A DNA stretch of 64,000 nucleotides. Source: Callorhinchus milii. Taxonomy: Eukaryota. Within the stretch, counting starts at the first letter, position 1; each line of letters starts with the position of its first letter. Positions 22,301 to 33,049 of this stretch are shown here, piece after piece. The DNA is taken from assembly GCF_018977255.1 (NCBI RefSeq), contig NW_024704755.1, forward strand, positions 15,810,001 through 15,874,000, read 5' to 3'. The translations under genes were made by a program, and so were the position numbers. The notes under the pieces were generated by a model. The model saw only the letters and a list, made by a program, of their open reading frames with translations. It was not told the DNA's origin and searched no databases.

Positions 22301-24014
22301 CATTACAATGTCATCTGATCTGCATCTTTCCCCTCATTTCTTTTGGATTATTAACACCTCTACTCCCCTGCTTTGTTGCAATAACAACCCCCTCCCCCTA
22401 CCACCAAACTGCTATGTTTTGTATCATTAACACCTCTTTAACCCGTCATCCCCTGTCCTCTACGCTATTTTCTCCTTTGCCTTCCTTGGCCTGCCTCTCC
22501 CCTCTCTGTTAGTCTTTAAAAGCCTCTCCCTCAAAACATACCCCAGTTCAGACCAAGGGACATGGACCCGAAACTTTGACTCACTTTCATTTCTCCATAG
22601 ATGCTGCCTGACATGCTGAGTATTCCCAGCGACTTCTGTTTTTGTTGGAGGTGTTAAGAGTCTGGTTCTGGAGAAGGGCTGCAGAGCACAGGAGGGTCTG
22701 CAGCTTGCGTAGTGAGATGCTGGGAGTCCCATGAGTAGGGAATTGAAATGATCAAGCCTGGACGTGATGAATGCACCAGGGAGAGCAATATTGATTGATT
22801 CAGGTGATGTTGTGAAGGTGCTGGAAACCTGAATAGTTGCATTTTTGGGCTTGGCTGATGTCTGACATCTGCTGGAATACAGCACCATGTTTGGAAGTAT
22901 CCAAACCAAAATGAGAGTTCCATGTATCTCACGTACACATCAACATTTTTGCGTATGGAAAGCGGAAGCGCAAGAGGAAGCATATAGATGAAGAAGAGGA
23001 GTGAGCTCATGTTATATGATAGTATAAAGAGAATTAGCAAAACACAGAAACATGGCACCCCACACATTTACCAAATTTAGAAAAAATCAGTTATGATATC
23101 TAATATTGAAGGGTTATTTGATGGTTATAATAAACTTGGGATTCGAAACAGAGCTGTAATGTTAAAGCGGTTCAAAGGCAAATATTGTCTACTGTAATTA
23201 GTGTGTATCCTGTGAAGTGCTTCGAGACGTCCTCCATGAGTGAAATGCACTATTTCAAATGTAAAGATTATACTATTTCATATTGAACAGTGCAGCACTA
23301 CATTACAGTAGGTGAACACGGTAGCCAATTTGACAGAAATGTCCACAAACAGATATTAAATAAATTATCATTTTTAATTAGCGATGTCTGGCCAGGACAC
23401 CAGGAAAAAATCTCTTCTGTTTTCCAGTAGCGATGTAGGGTATTTTACACCCAGCTGAAAAGACAAACTGGACCTCAAGTAAACATTTCACTCGAAGGAT
23501 AGCACCCCCATTAGAGAATGTTCTTAAAATACTCTTGTCAACATTGAACTCATAATCTTCTGACTCAATAGCTAGAATGCTAAGACAAGCTGACACCTAT
23601 TGCTCATCCTTGCAATTCACCTGCTGCCTTTATGAAATGAAAACGTTTTAAAACACATTGCTGTTAAGTTAATGACTGTGTTTGGAAGCAAGAGTGGCAC
23701 AGAAAATGCACAGTCGATTCAACAATATCATTCAAAACAATATTTAGCACACAGATTTTGACATTAATTGGAAAATACTCCCCAAATCCATAGATTAAAA
23801 GTGATCTTCTGTTCGGGTAACAGTGGAATGTAATGGACTCGGCCATATGTTGCTACAGCGCCTTGAGTATATATGAGCTGGGAGCTCTATTACCAAATTG
23901 AGACAATGTCAACATCATTTTATTTAGAACTATTTAACAGTATCTCTTCAAGCTATAAATGGTTAACTTTATTTATAGATGTATGTCTGAAAGGTGCGCT
24001 TCACAATTCATTTA

Positions 24015-24324
24015 TAATAAATAATAATCCTTGCTTTTGATATAGCACTTTTCACATCTTCTAGATGTCTCAAAGTGCTTCACAAAATATTCTATAAAGT
24101 GAATTGACTGCATATTTGTGGTCGAAACAAGGCAACTGATTGTGCAGAGCAGTATCCCAGAACATCCTGAATTCAAGTGACCAATTTATTATTGTTTTTT
24201 TTTCATGAGGGATTATCATCAGGCATGTGGAGTAAGGAATCTCGCCCAAGGTTTCGCCCTGCCGGGAATCGAACCCAGGTCTCTCGCTTACAAGGCGAGT
24301 GCTCAAACCAATGAGCTACCAATC
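24015..24324 (-). mobile_element. Short tRNA-derived SINE (minus strand)
   Basis: Reverse complement reads TAGCTCATTGGTTTGAGCACTCGCCTTGTAAGCGAG..GGTTCGATTCCC..AAACCTTGGGCGAG, followed by the same tail. Confidence 0.85.
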
Positions 24325-24858
24325 TAACCACTGGAAATATAGGGTTGTGTGAGAATTTTGAAGTCGATCCATTCATTGTTAAGGAGCCAGTGTAGCCTGG
24401 CAAAGATTGGTGAGTTGGCGATGCACACTTTAAATCTCTGCATTAATCATTGTTTTGAATGATACTATTGAGGCTTCAGAACCTGGTAAATCAATGTGTA
24501 CAGTTTTGGTCACTCCAACAGAGAGGCTGTCCGAGAGCCAACCCAGAGGAGGAAGGAGACAAAAGCAATGAGAATAATCCCAATTGTTAGAGGAATGAGC
24601 TATCAACAAGGAATAGGCAAGCTGGGCTCTCCAATCTTGTGACAAAACAATTCATTGGCGACTCATAAGGTCTCACTAATATAACACCTTTCACGTACAG
24701 CGAAAGTCTGAAAACATTTTATAATATCAGAGTGGGAGGCCATCTACGCCCTCAGGGACAGGAAGCCAAGCATCACTCTCACATCTCATCTCAAGCAAAT
24801 GCAACCCCTTGTTACAAAGCAGTGACAGATTCAGAGTTCGTCTCAGTCAGAGATCACA

Positions 24859-25316
24859 ATGTTGGCGAGTGTTGTGTTTCAGTGTCTGTCTCTCCTGTGG
24901 ATAATTTCTAAAGGTTTGTGCATATTCAATATCCAAGTGTTCGGAAAAAGAAAGTGTTTATCTCTTATAGTATTTTGTTTCAAAACAATGTTTGAATTTA
25001 TTTCTGACAGTTGCTGACGTTACGTTGATCCAAGTAATGCAACGACCCAAACACATCGCTATCAACAGAGGTGAAGATGTGACATTCTCCTGCAACTTCT
25101 CTCGCAACCAGAGAGTGAAAATTTACTGGTGGAAGCAGGGAGCGAGCGAATACATGGGAAGCAGTCACAAGAAAACATCTCACCTCGAAGCTTCTGAAAG
25201 AGCCACCCTCAAGCTCCTGGATGCAGAACTTCAGGATTCTGGAACCTATTACTGTACAATGGTGTTTCAGGGAAATATAACAGTAAATGGATCTGGATCA
25301 CATTTAACTGTATATG
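24859..25316 (+). CDS. Gene 2: orphan leader + intact V exon; no own C1/TM found
   Basis: Leader 24859-24913 and V 25011-25316 (open frame, ..DSGTYYCTMVFQGNITVNGSGSHLTVY) with intact splice sites and upstream promoter block. No C1 or TM homolog seen before gene 3. Confidence 0.8.
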
Positions 25317-26543
25317 GTAAGTGTCATAATAAGTCAGAGATCGTAACTATTACATTGGCTCAAACCATAATTTATTTATGTAACGTCTCTCACTGTTGGG
25401 AGAGCATCTTAAAGCTCTTTACAAAGGCTGAGGGCTGCCGGAGCTGAAACCGAGGTGGGAGGGGAGAGTGGCGAAAAGGACAGTCAAAGAGGTGCATTTT
25501 CAGGTGGGATTCGATAGGAGAGAGGGACGGGCGAGAAGGATGGATTTCTATAAGGAATTCTAGAAGTTTGGGGCAATCTGGCTGAACGTTCCCTACACAT
25601 GAATATTCCCTAAAGTGGGGTGACATAAAACACTGGACACCATATTCAAAATAAGGTGTAACTATCGATTTATATATATCAACCATTAACCCTGTGATTT
25701 ATATTTATAAATCCTAGATTTCCACTTGATTTTTTTGAGAGCTTTTTTCACGTTGACTTCCCACAGTAAGATTTATCCACATTTAAACCCTAAGCCCTCT
25801 GATCTGCTTCTTTAATGATTATCCTCATGTTGTGGAGGGCAGCGGGGGGGGGGGGGGGGGGGGGGGGGGGTATCCAGTGTCTCATTTGATCTAAACCAAG
25901 CTGAAGTTTTCATTCATCCCCCCTACACATGGAAATTCCAGAGATGGAAGGGAATGCACACTCTCTCCCTGGAGGGATACAACCTGCTTAACTAATTCGA
26001 GAAATTATTAGGTGCAGGTTGGCAAGAGCCAAGTGTTCGCGCCCCAGATTATGCGTTGGGATACGGCTGGAGTGTAACCAGCTAAAACCGCATAGCTTAC
26101 CATTGATGTTGCTGTCTGGCAAGGTTTCCCATTGCTTTTCCAGCTCGGACGAGCCTATCCGTTAGGGCTTTGGCTTTTAGTGTTAACAGGAGCTGAGTGT
26201 GAATGTCTCTCTGCCCACAGTGGCTGGTCGGCCTTTCCAAGTTCTGTCCATGAGCCCGGCTGTCATCAGCAGTGCCCTGTGGACCCGCCCGGCTCAGGAA
26301 CCGGATTACTGAGACTCACATAGAGGACAGGATTGATTTCCATATTCTGTGCCAGGCTTGTGACCTTGTAGCCACTTCAGCCACATATAGTCCACTCCAC
26401 AAAACACACAGTCACCACCATTTACAGTATATCCTGTGAAGCGCTTTCAGACATTTCGACAACATGGTGAGGCGCGATATCAAATGCAAGAATTATTATT
26501 ATTATAATCTCACTTCAGCCTTAGGAACCTGGAAGCTACGGCG

Positions 26544-29500
26544 ATGAAGGTGAAGGACATTCCGCGGGGGGATGAGGAGGAGGAGCCACGGCCAGAGGTG
26601 AGTGTGTGGGCGAGGCTTGTGGAGTGTGGAGATGTCCCTGATCTCAGAGGCTCCTCTCACACGTGCGAGAGGTGTGGGAGGAGAAGGACAATCTCCACAC
26701 AATTCACAGCCACAACACACGGACCAACGTACAGGAGACATGACCCTCTCATTGCCTCTGTACACAGCCTGTGAGCCTGGGAATGTCCAAGACGAGTGAC
26801 CAGTTGAGTGACACTACAGGTTGGGTTAAAATCAGCAAAAATCAATGTTAAAAACATTTCCCAAAGTATTGCAACTGCCTGCTGTGTGAGGAGGGCCGTG
26901 TGCCTGACGGCCTGACTGGGGCCAGTCTGAATAACAATCCATTTCTTTCTCAGGACCAGACAAGTGCAAAGGAATTATTCATGGATTTTATGTTCTCTGA
27001 CACATGCAATGAGGTAATAATAATAATTATCATAATAACCGCATTTGATACATCGCCTTATCATTTTATTGACACATATCAAGCCACTTTACAGGACATA
27101 CTTTGAAGTGAAGAGACTACATTTTGGGGACTAAATGCGGCAGCCAGTTGCACTCTGAAGTTTCCCACAAAGAGCCGTGGAATCAATGAGAGAAAGGCAT
27201 TGGGAAACATGCATCAATCCCCAGTTGGGAATCGCACTCCAGCATCCAGCACATGGCAATTCCCGATCTGACTTGCACTGCCAGACATGGACAGCGCCAA
27301 TTCCAGTCAGTGAGAAGCTGGCAAGTGGAGTTGTCCCTGATCTGAGAGCTTCCTCTCACACACAAGAGAAAGGAAGGGAGAGGTCAGTCCCCACTTAATT
27401 CACACCCACAACATACAAATACCATACAGGATACATGTTGGACTACACCAACTGCCTGCTCGCTGGATCACGGCTGCTCGGCACCACAACAACACAACAA
27501 CAACAACAACAACAAAAGCGCATTTCCCTTTGGGAGGACGTCCCAAAGCCTTGGACAATTAAGGGTTTACACTGAAGCTGTGGTATGGAATCAAGAGCTG
27601 GCAGGGTGGGAGACATGAAGCAGGCCAGTGCCCACTGAGCGGTGTAACAGGGTTTGTATTAAGACATGGGTTCTGCACACACCAATGGCAGGTTTGTTTC
27701 TTAGGAAGAAGATCAAGTGGCATATCGTGACCTGGCGCTGGCATGGGCTCAACAGGATTTGGAGCGTCCAGCCAACCTGGTGAGTGTCAGACCCGGAGAC
27801 TCACCGAGTTACAGTGCAACCAGGTTTGGAGACTTGACATTCTCCAGCCAAGTCCTACAATGTCTTCAGACAGTCATGGCTGCCAGGGCCTTGCCAGCAG
27901 CTAATCCTCTGCTTTGTGTCTCTGCTACAGGTCAAGAACATCTCAGCCGAGAGGGAGGAGGAAAGGAGCAGGTAAGGGTTTTGCTACTCGCACAGCTGTC
28001 TGCAAATTCCCCTAAATCCCTTCAGCTCGAACCGTCTCTTCCAACCTTCAAATCGAGTTCAGAAATAATCACTTTGGCCGTTCCTTTTGGCGGCATCCTC
28101 AAACCCTGCCCTTCCCACAGCTGATCAGAGTTCCCAGTGTCTGTGTGCAGCTCTTTGAGACTTGAGTCTAATGTGAGCAGCATCATCTATAGGTTAAGTT
28201 GTTGTTGTTGTTGTTTGTTAGGCAGCAAAACGGCAAGAAGACAAGGGAGGAGAATAATGAGTTTGGAACAGAACAATTCCCACAGACCGTGAGTGAGCGC
28301 AGGCGGGCAAGTCTTTGTGTAATTAATGTGATGAGGGAGCGGGCATTTTACAGAGCAGCATAGGTGGTGGCAGCTGATTACGTCCCATTCACATCCAGTG
28401 CAGCTCTGTGTCCCCACCCATACAATCTCTGGATAATATTTATTATAACAATAATGCTTCCATTTGATTCCTTATAATGTCATTCATACATCTCAAAGCG
28501 CTTCACCGGAGATTCTGTAAAGCATTTCCCAAAGTAATCTCACCGTCTTCCATGGTTGGGACCTCCTCCTGATGGGAAAGGCACTATACAAATGTAAATT
28601 GTTGTTGTCGTTGTTGTTGTCTGCTGGGTGAGTAGGGCCATGTGCCTGACTGCCTAACCCGGAGCCAATCTCAATGACAACCCATTTTTTTCTCAGGAAG
28701 AAGAAATAATGACACAACGGTGCATGGAATTTCTTCTTTCAAACTCCTCCAATCAGGTAACAATAATTATAATAATTCTTGCATTTGATACAGCAGCTTC
28801 TTATGTCATCCTGACATCTCAAAGCATTTGACAGGACATACTGGAAAGTGTAGTGATTGTGTGTTTTGCGGACAAAACGCGGAAGCCAGTTTCACACAGA
28901 AGTTTGCCACAAAAAGCTATGGAGCCATTCCGGCATCCAGCACACGGCAATTCCCAATCCAACTGCATCTTTGGACATGGCAAGAAACCATCCCAGTTAG
29001 TGGGAGGCTGGTATGTCCATGACAGGTGGCTTTGAGCTCCCGACTGAGATACCAGGATAATGGACAAGAAGTCTGGTGATGTCCCTGATCTACGAAGCTA
29101 CTCTCACACACAGGGGTCGGAGGGGCGAGGACAAACTCCAGTTAATTCCCAGCCAACACATACAGAAATCAAATAGGAAACTTGAGCCTCCCACACCCCT
29201 GCAATGTGAGGACGTCCCAAGGATCTGGATAGTTAAGGGTAGTTAGAATCAAGAAACTAAGTCAGCGCACACTAACAGCAGCTTTGTATTTCAGGAAAAA
29301 GGACTGCTTTCCCCCCTTGACCTGGAGCTGGCGATGGCACAAGAGGCTCAGGAGCGGCATGCCAAAGTGGTGAGTGTCAGACCCATAGAGTCACCGAGCG
29401 GTCGGGATTGGAGACTTGATATTCTCCAGCACAATCTGGCAATGTCTTCAGCCAGGGCTTTGCCAGCAGATAATCCTCTTCTTTCTGTCAACTTTCCAGG

Positions 29501-31420
29501 TCAAGAACATCACGGCAGAGAGGGATGAGGCGAGGAGCAGGTAAGCTTTTTGCTACGCACCCGCACTTCATGAACTGCCCCCAATTCCCTTCACCTCGCA
29601 TTGTCTGTTTCTGCCTTCAAACTCCTCTCAGAAATGAATCACTTTGGCCATTCCTATCCTCAAACCCTGCCCTTCCCCTGGCTGCTCAGAGCTCCTGATG
29701 TCTGTGTGAAGCTTTTGAAATGTGAGTGGCATTGTGCAAATTGTTGTTGTTGTTGTTTGTTAGGCTGAAGAAAAACGAACACATGGAGGAACCCAAGAAT
29801 AAAACTGTTGTAAAAGTGGACGTTCCACAGTCAGTGAGTGAGCCCAGGGAGGCAAGTCGCTGTGTAACTAATGGGCCAAGGGAGCAGATGCTTTACAGTG
29901 TAGACGGTGGCGGCTGGTAACATACAGTGCAGCAGAGCTTTCCCACCCGCATCCCTATCACCTGTCGCCTCGCTATCAGGAGTCTCATAATACTTATTAC
30001 CATAGTAATCCTTGCATTTGATACAGTGCCTTATCGTGTCATTGAGGCATCTCAAAGCTCTTCACAGGATATGCTGTAAAGTGTAGTGACTGTTTCTTTG
30101 TGGGAGAAGCGCGGCAGCCAATTTACGCACAGCATTGTCCGACAAACTGTGTGGAATGAGTGACCAATTTTACCTGTGGCATTGTTGGCCAGGGCACTGG
30201 GAGAGAGAAGCTCCCTTCTCTTTTCAAATTGTACCACGAGATCTTTAACATCACCTGAACAGGCAGATGGGACTTCATATTAGCATCTCATCCGAAGATT
30301 GGTGCCTCCAGCAAAGCAGCACTCCCCCAGCAATGCATTGGAGTGTCACCTTAGACTAAGTGATTCTAAGTCCCGATGTGGGATTTGAACCCAAAACCTT
30401 CTGTCTTAGAGTAGGGCGCTACCACTGAACCAGGATGACACAAGATCTGAGCGAGTGCCTGAATCTTTCACTTTGTCTTTAGGACAAAGAAGAACAGAAA
30501 GAGGAAGAAGTTCAGGGCAGCCAGAGAGAGCAGGTAATGCAAGAAATGCTGCGATCGCAAGAGAAGTGGAGAAGGTGGAGGAGCTCCAGTCTATATTCAA
30601 GCTGCTGATTTTCAGTGACTGTCTAATCTCTAGCAAATTCTGTCCCCACAGACATCGGTCGAAGTGGGAGTGAAGGAACTCTCCAGGGGTAAGCAAAAGT
30701 CTCTGTCCGTTTCCTGGAGAGTGTGAGTTCCTCTCAGTCACCCATTTGGGGCAGGTCATGTCTCTGCCAATCAGCTCAGGGGCTAGAAACTGGAAATGGG
30801 AACAGGAATTCTGTCTTCACATTCCAGCAGATCCCCTCAGCCTGTTACCCTTTACAGGGAATATGAACGAGCACCATGTCTGGAGGGGAGGGGAAAGGAT
30901 CTTGCACTCGTTGGGCTGCCTGGATCACAAGCCTGGTCTCGCTCCTTGTTTAATTCCACCCGAGTCTCGTTGCTTCAAAGACTTTGCTCCTAATCCTCCA
31001 ATCCCTCTCGTGGCTGAGTGAGACCTTAGAGTTTGCAGAGAGGTCGGTCTGGAGGGATACTCGCGTGTGGGAGGGTCATTGTCAAAGTGTCTTTTTATGT
31101 TCCCACCAGGAGCAGCAGCAGCAGAAGCCGAGAAGAAGAAGAAAAAGAGGAAAAGGTACAGTGATGCGCTCTCAGTGATGCTCTCTCAGTGAGACTCTCT
31201 GGGTTGCCAGGAAGGCTGGTTGAGCACAGGACGTTGCATTCACTGAAGAAACGGCTGGATTCTGTGATGCGGAGACTGTCGGTGGGAGTCGAATACTGTT
31301 GTGATCCTGTTAATATTCAGCTGTTTCCAGTTGTTTCCGGGAATCACTGTTGTTTTCTTTCGTACACACAGGACCTGCTGCTGGTGTTGTTTTCCCTGGA
31401 GGAAAAGAACTAATGACTGA
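26544..31420 (+). CDS. Unrecognised 13-micro-exon gene; charged, partly coiled-coil-like protein of about 241 aa with polybasic plus Cys-cluster C-terminus
   Basis: Exons 26544-26597, 26954-27013, 27705-27779, 27931-27971, 28222-28288, 28697-28756, 29295-29369, 29500-29540, 29764-29833, 30483-30533, 30652-30688, 31110-31155, 31372-31420. All have pyrimidine-rich AG acceptors and GTRAG/GTAA-type donors (one GTACAG). Junction phases 0,0,0,2,0,0,0,2,0,0,1,2 join into 726 nt without an internal stop. AATAAA at 31835. Confidence 0.75.
29990..30440 (-). mobile_element. Long Deu-domain-type SINE inside an intron of the micro-exon gene
   Basis: Reverse complement has a head GTCATCCTGGTTCAGTGGTAGCGCCC..GGGTTCAAATCCC, a Deu-like core and the shared tail. 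Further remnants at about 18890-19290, 23290-23620, 42150-42530, 45640-46030 and 61860-62160. Confidence 0.65.
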
Positions 31421-31494
31421 GAGCAACGAACACTCCTCCCCTCTCCTCTCGTCTGGCTGGATCATGGCTCCTCTGCTCCTCTCCTTGGAAGATC

Positions 31495-31790
31495 ATGTTA
31501 TTATTATTTTTAATTGTTATTATCTTTATTATTGTTATTAGTATTATTCTTGTTATTATTGTTATTATTATTATTATTATTCCTATTGTTGGATTTTGGT
31601 GGGGTTAGTTTCTCATGTTTACAATTATTCTTGCTATTAATATTATGATTGCTATTATTATGGTGATTACATTATTGTTGTAATATTTTTGTTTTTGTTA
31701 TATTATATTGTGATATTATATCTCGCAGTGTATCTTCAAAGGACCATATTAGTATTATTATTACTGTTATTACTATTATTATTAATGCTT
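31495..31790. repeat. (TTA/TTG)n-rich low-complexity tract in the putative 3' UTR of the micro-exon gene
   Basis: Direct reading; lies between the stop at 31420 and AATAAA at 31835. Confidence 0.85.
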
Positions 31791-31834
31791 GCAGTTGTAA
31801 AATGTGAAATATATCATATTTTTGTTCGTTTGTC

Positions 31835-31840
31835 AATAAA
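31835..31840 (+). terminator. Candidate polyadenylation signal of the micro-exon gene
   Basis: AATAAA followed by a T/GT-rich element (tttgttttctggg) at about 31862. Confidence 0.55.
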
Positions 31841-32775
31841 AGTTTACTTTATGGAGCCAAACTTTGTTTTCTGGGCTCTTTACTGTGGTGTCGGATTGTG
31901 TGGTCATTAGGTATGAATGGAGTAAGGAGGGGCTCGGGTTCCATTCTCGCCTCATTAAACAACGCTGGTAAACAAGCGAGTGAAACACATCTGTAAGGCA
32001 TTCGCACTTTCAAACATTGTCCAGTTGTCCTGCAAACATCAGGCCTCGATGTTATGATTGCGTGTATGAAAGTTTTAGGCAGCCTAAGGTGTTAGACAGA
32101 GGTGGAGAAGAACAGAGCGGGTCATTGTTATTCACATTTGTTTGTCTGAACAAACAGCTGGGACTCTAATGTCAAGTTGATGCTATGGCAATTTCAGTAT
32201 CATTTTATTTACAACTATTTAATTTCATCTCTTCGACCTTCAAATGGTTTGTGTTATTCACATTTGTCTGTCTGGAAGATGCTCTTTACAATTAATTTGA
32301 AGACCAACTTGTGCTCATACTGTTATGCAATGAAACAACTTGCGCCCATCACCAGGAATGGATGAAAGCTCGGCCACCGATGTTGGAAAGGAGGGGACGA
32401 GAAACCAGCAGGAGGCCAAAGCCATTCGAGGGGAGGCGGCGGGGAGCGGTGTGGAGAGTAAACAGGTCGGAGAGATTGTGGGGGACAGTCAGGGAATGCG
32501 TGGTTATGTAAACCAGTATGAGGATCTTGAAGTCAATCGATTCTGTGATAAGGAGCCAGTGTAGTCTGGCAAGGACTCCTGGGATGGCAATACAAAGTTT
32601 AAATCTCTGCATTAATTTTTGGTTGAATGATACTATTGAGATTCAAAACCTTATAAGTCACTGTGTACAGTAGCTGTCACCGCAACATAGGGGCTGCCCT
32701 AGAGACAGTCCAGAGAAGGAAGGAGAGAGAAGCAACAAGAATCATCCCAAGGGTTAGAGGAACGATCTATCAACA

Positions 32776-32800
32776 NNNNNNNNNNNNNNNNNNNNNNNNN
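32776..32800. other. 25-N assembly gap
   Basis: The flanks (gatctatcaaca / ggaatggaca) are directly adjacent in the paralogs at about 46865 and 52755. Confidence 0.95.
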
Positions 32801-33049
32801 GGAATGGACAAGCTGTGCTCTCCAGATTTGTGAGAAGGCGACTCATTCGGGTCTCTCGGGGTCTCACTAATATAACACCGTTCACATAAGGCGATAGTCT
32901 GAAAGCATTTTATAAAACCAGAATTGGAGCCCAACTGCGCCACAGGGACAGGAAGTCAACATCACTCTCACACATCTCATCTCAACTGACTGCAACCCCT
33001 TGTAACAGATCAGTGACCGCTTTAGGGTTTGTCTCAGTCAGAGATCAGG

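Noticed and set aside
27285-27309. Possible extra micro-exon (TWTAPIP) in the micro-exon gene
   Set aside because: The donor is ambiguous and the duplicated copy near 28975 lacks the AG acceptor.
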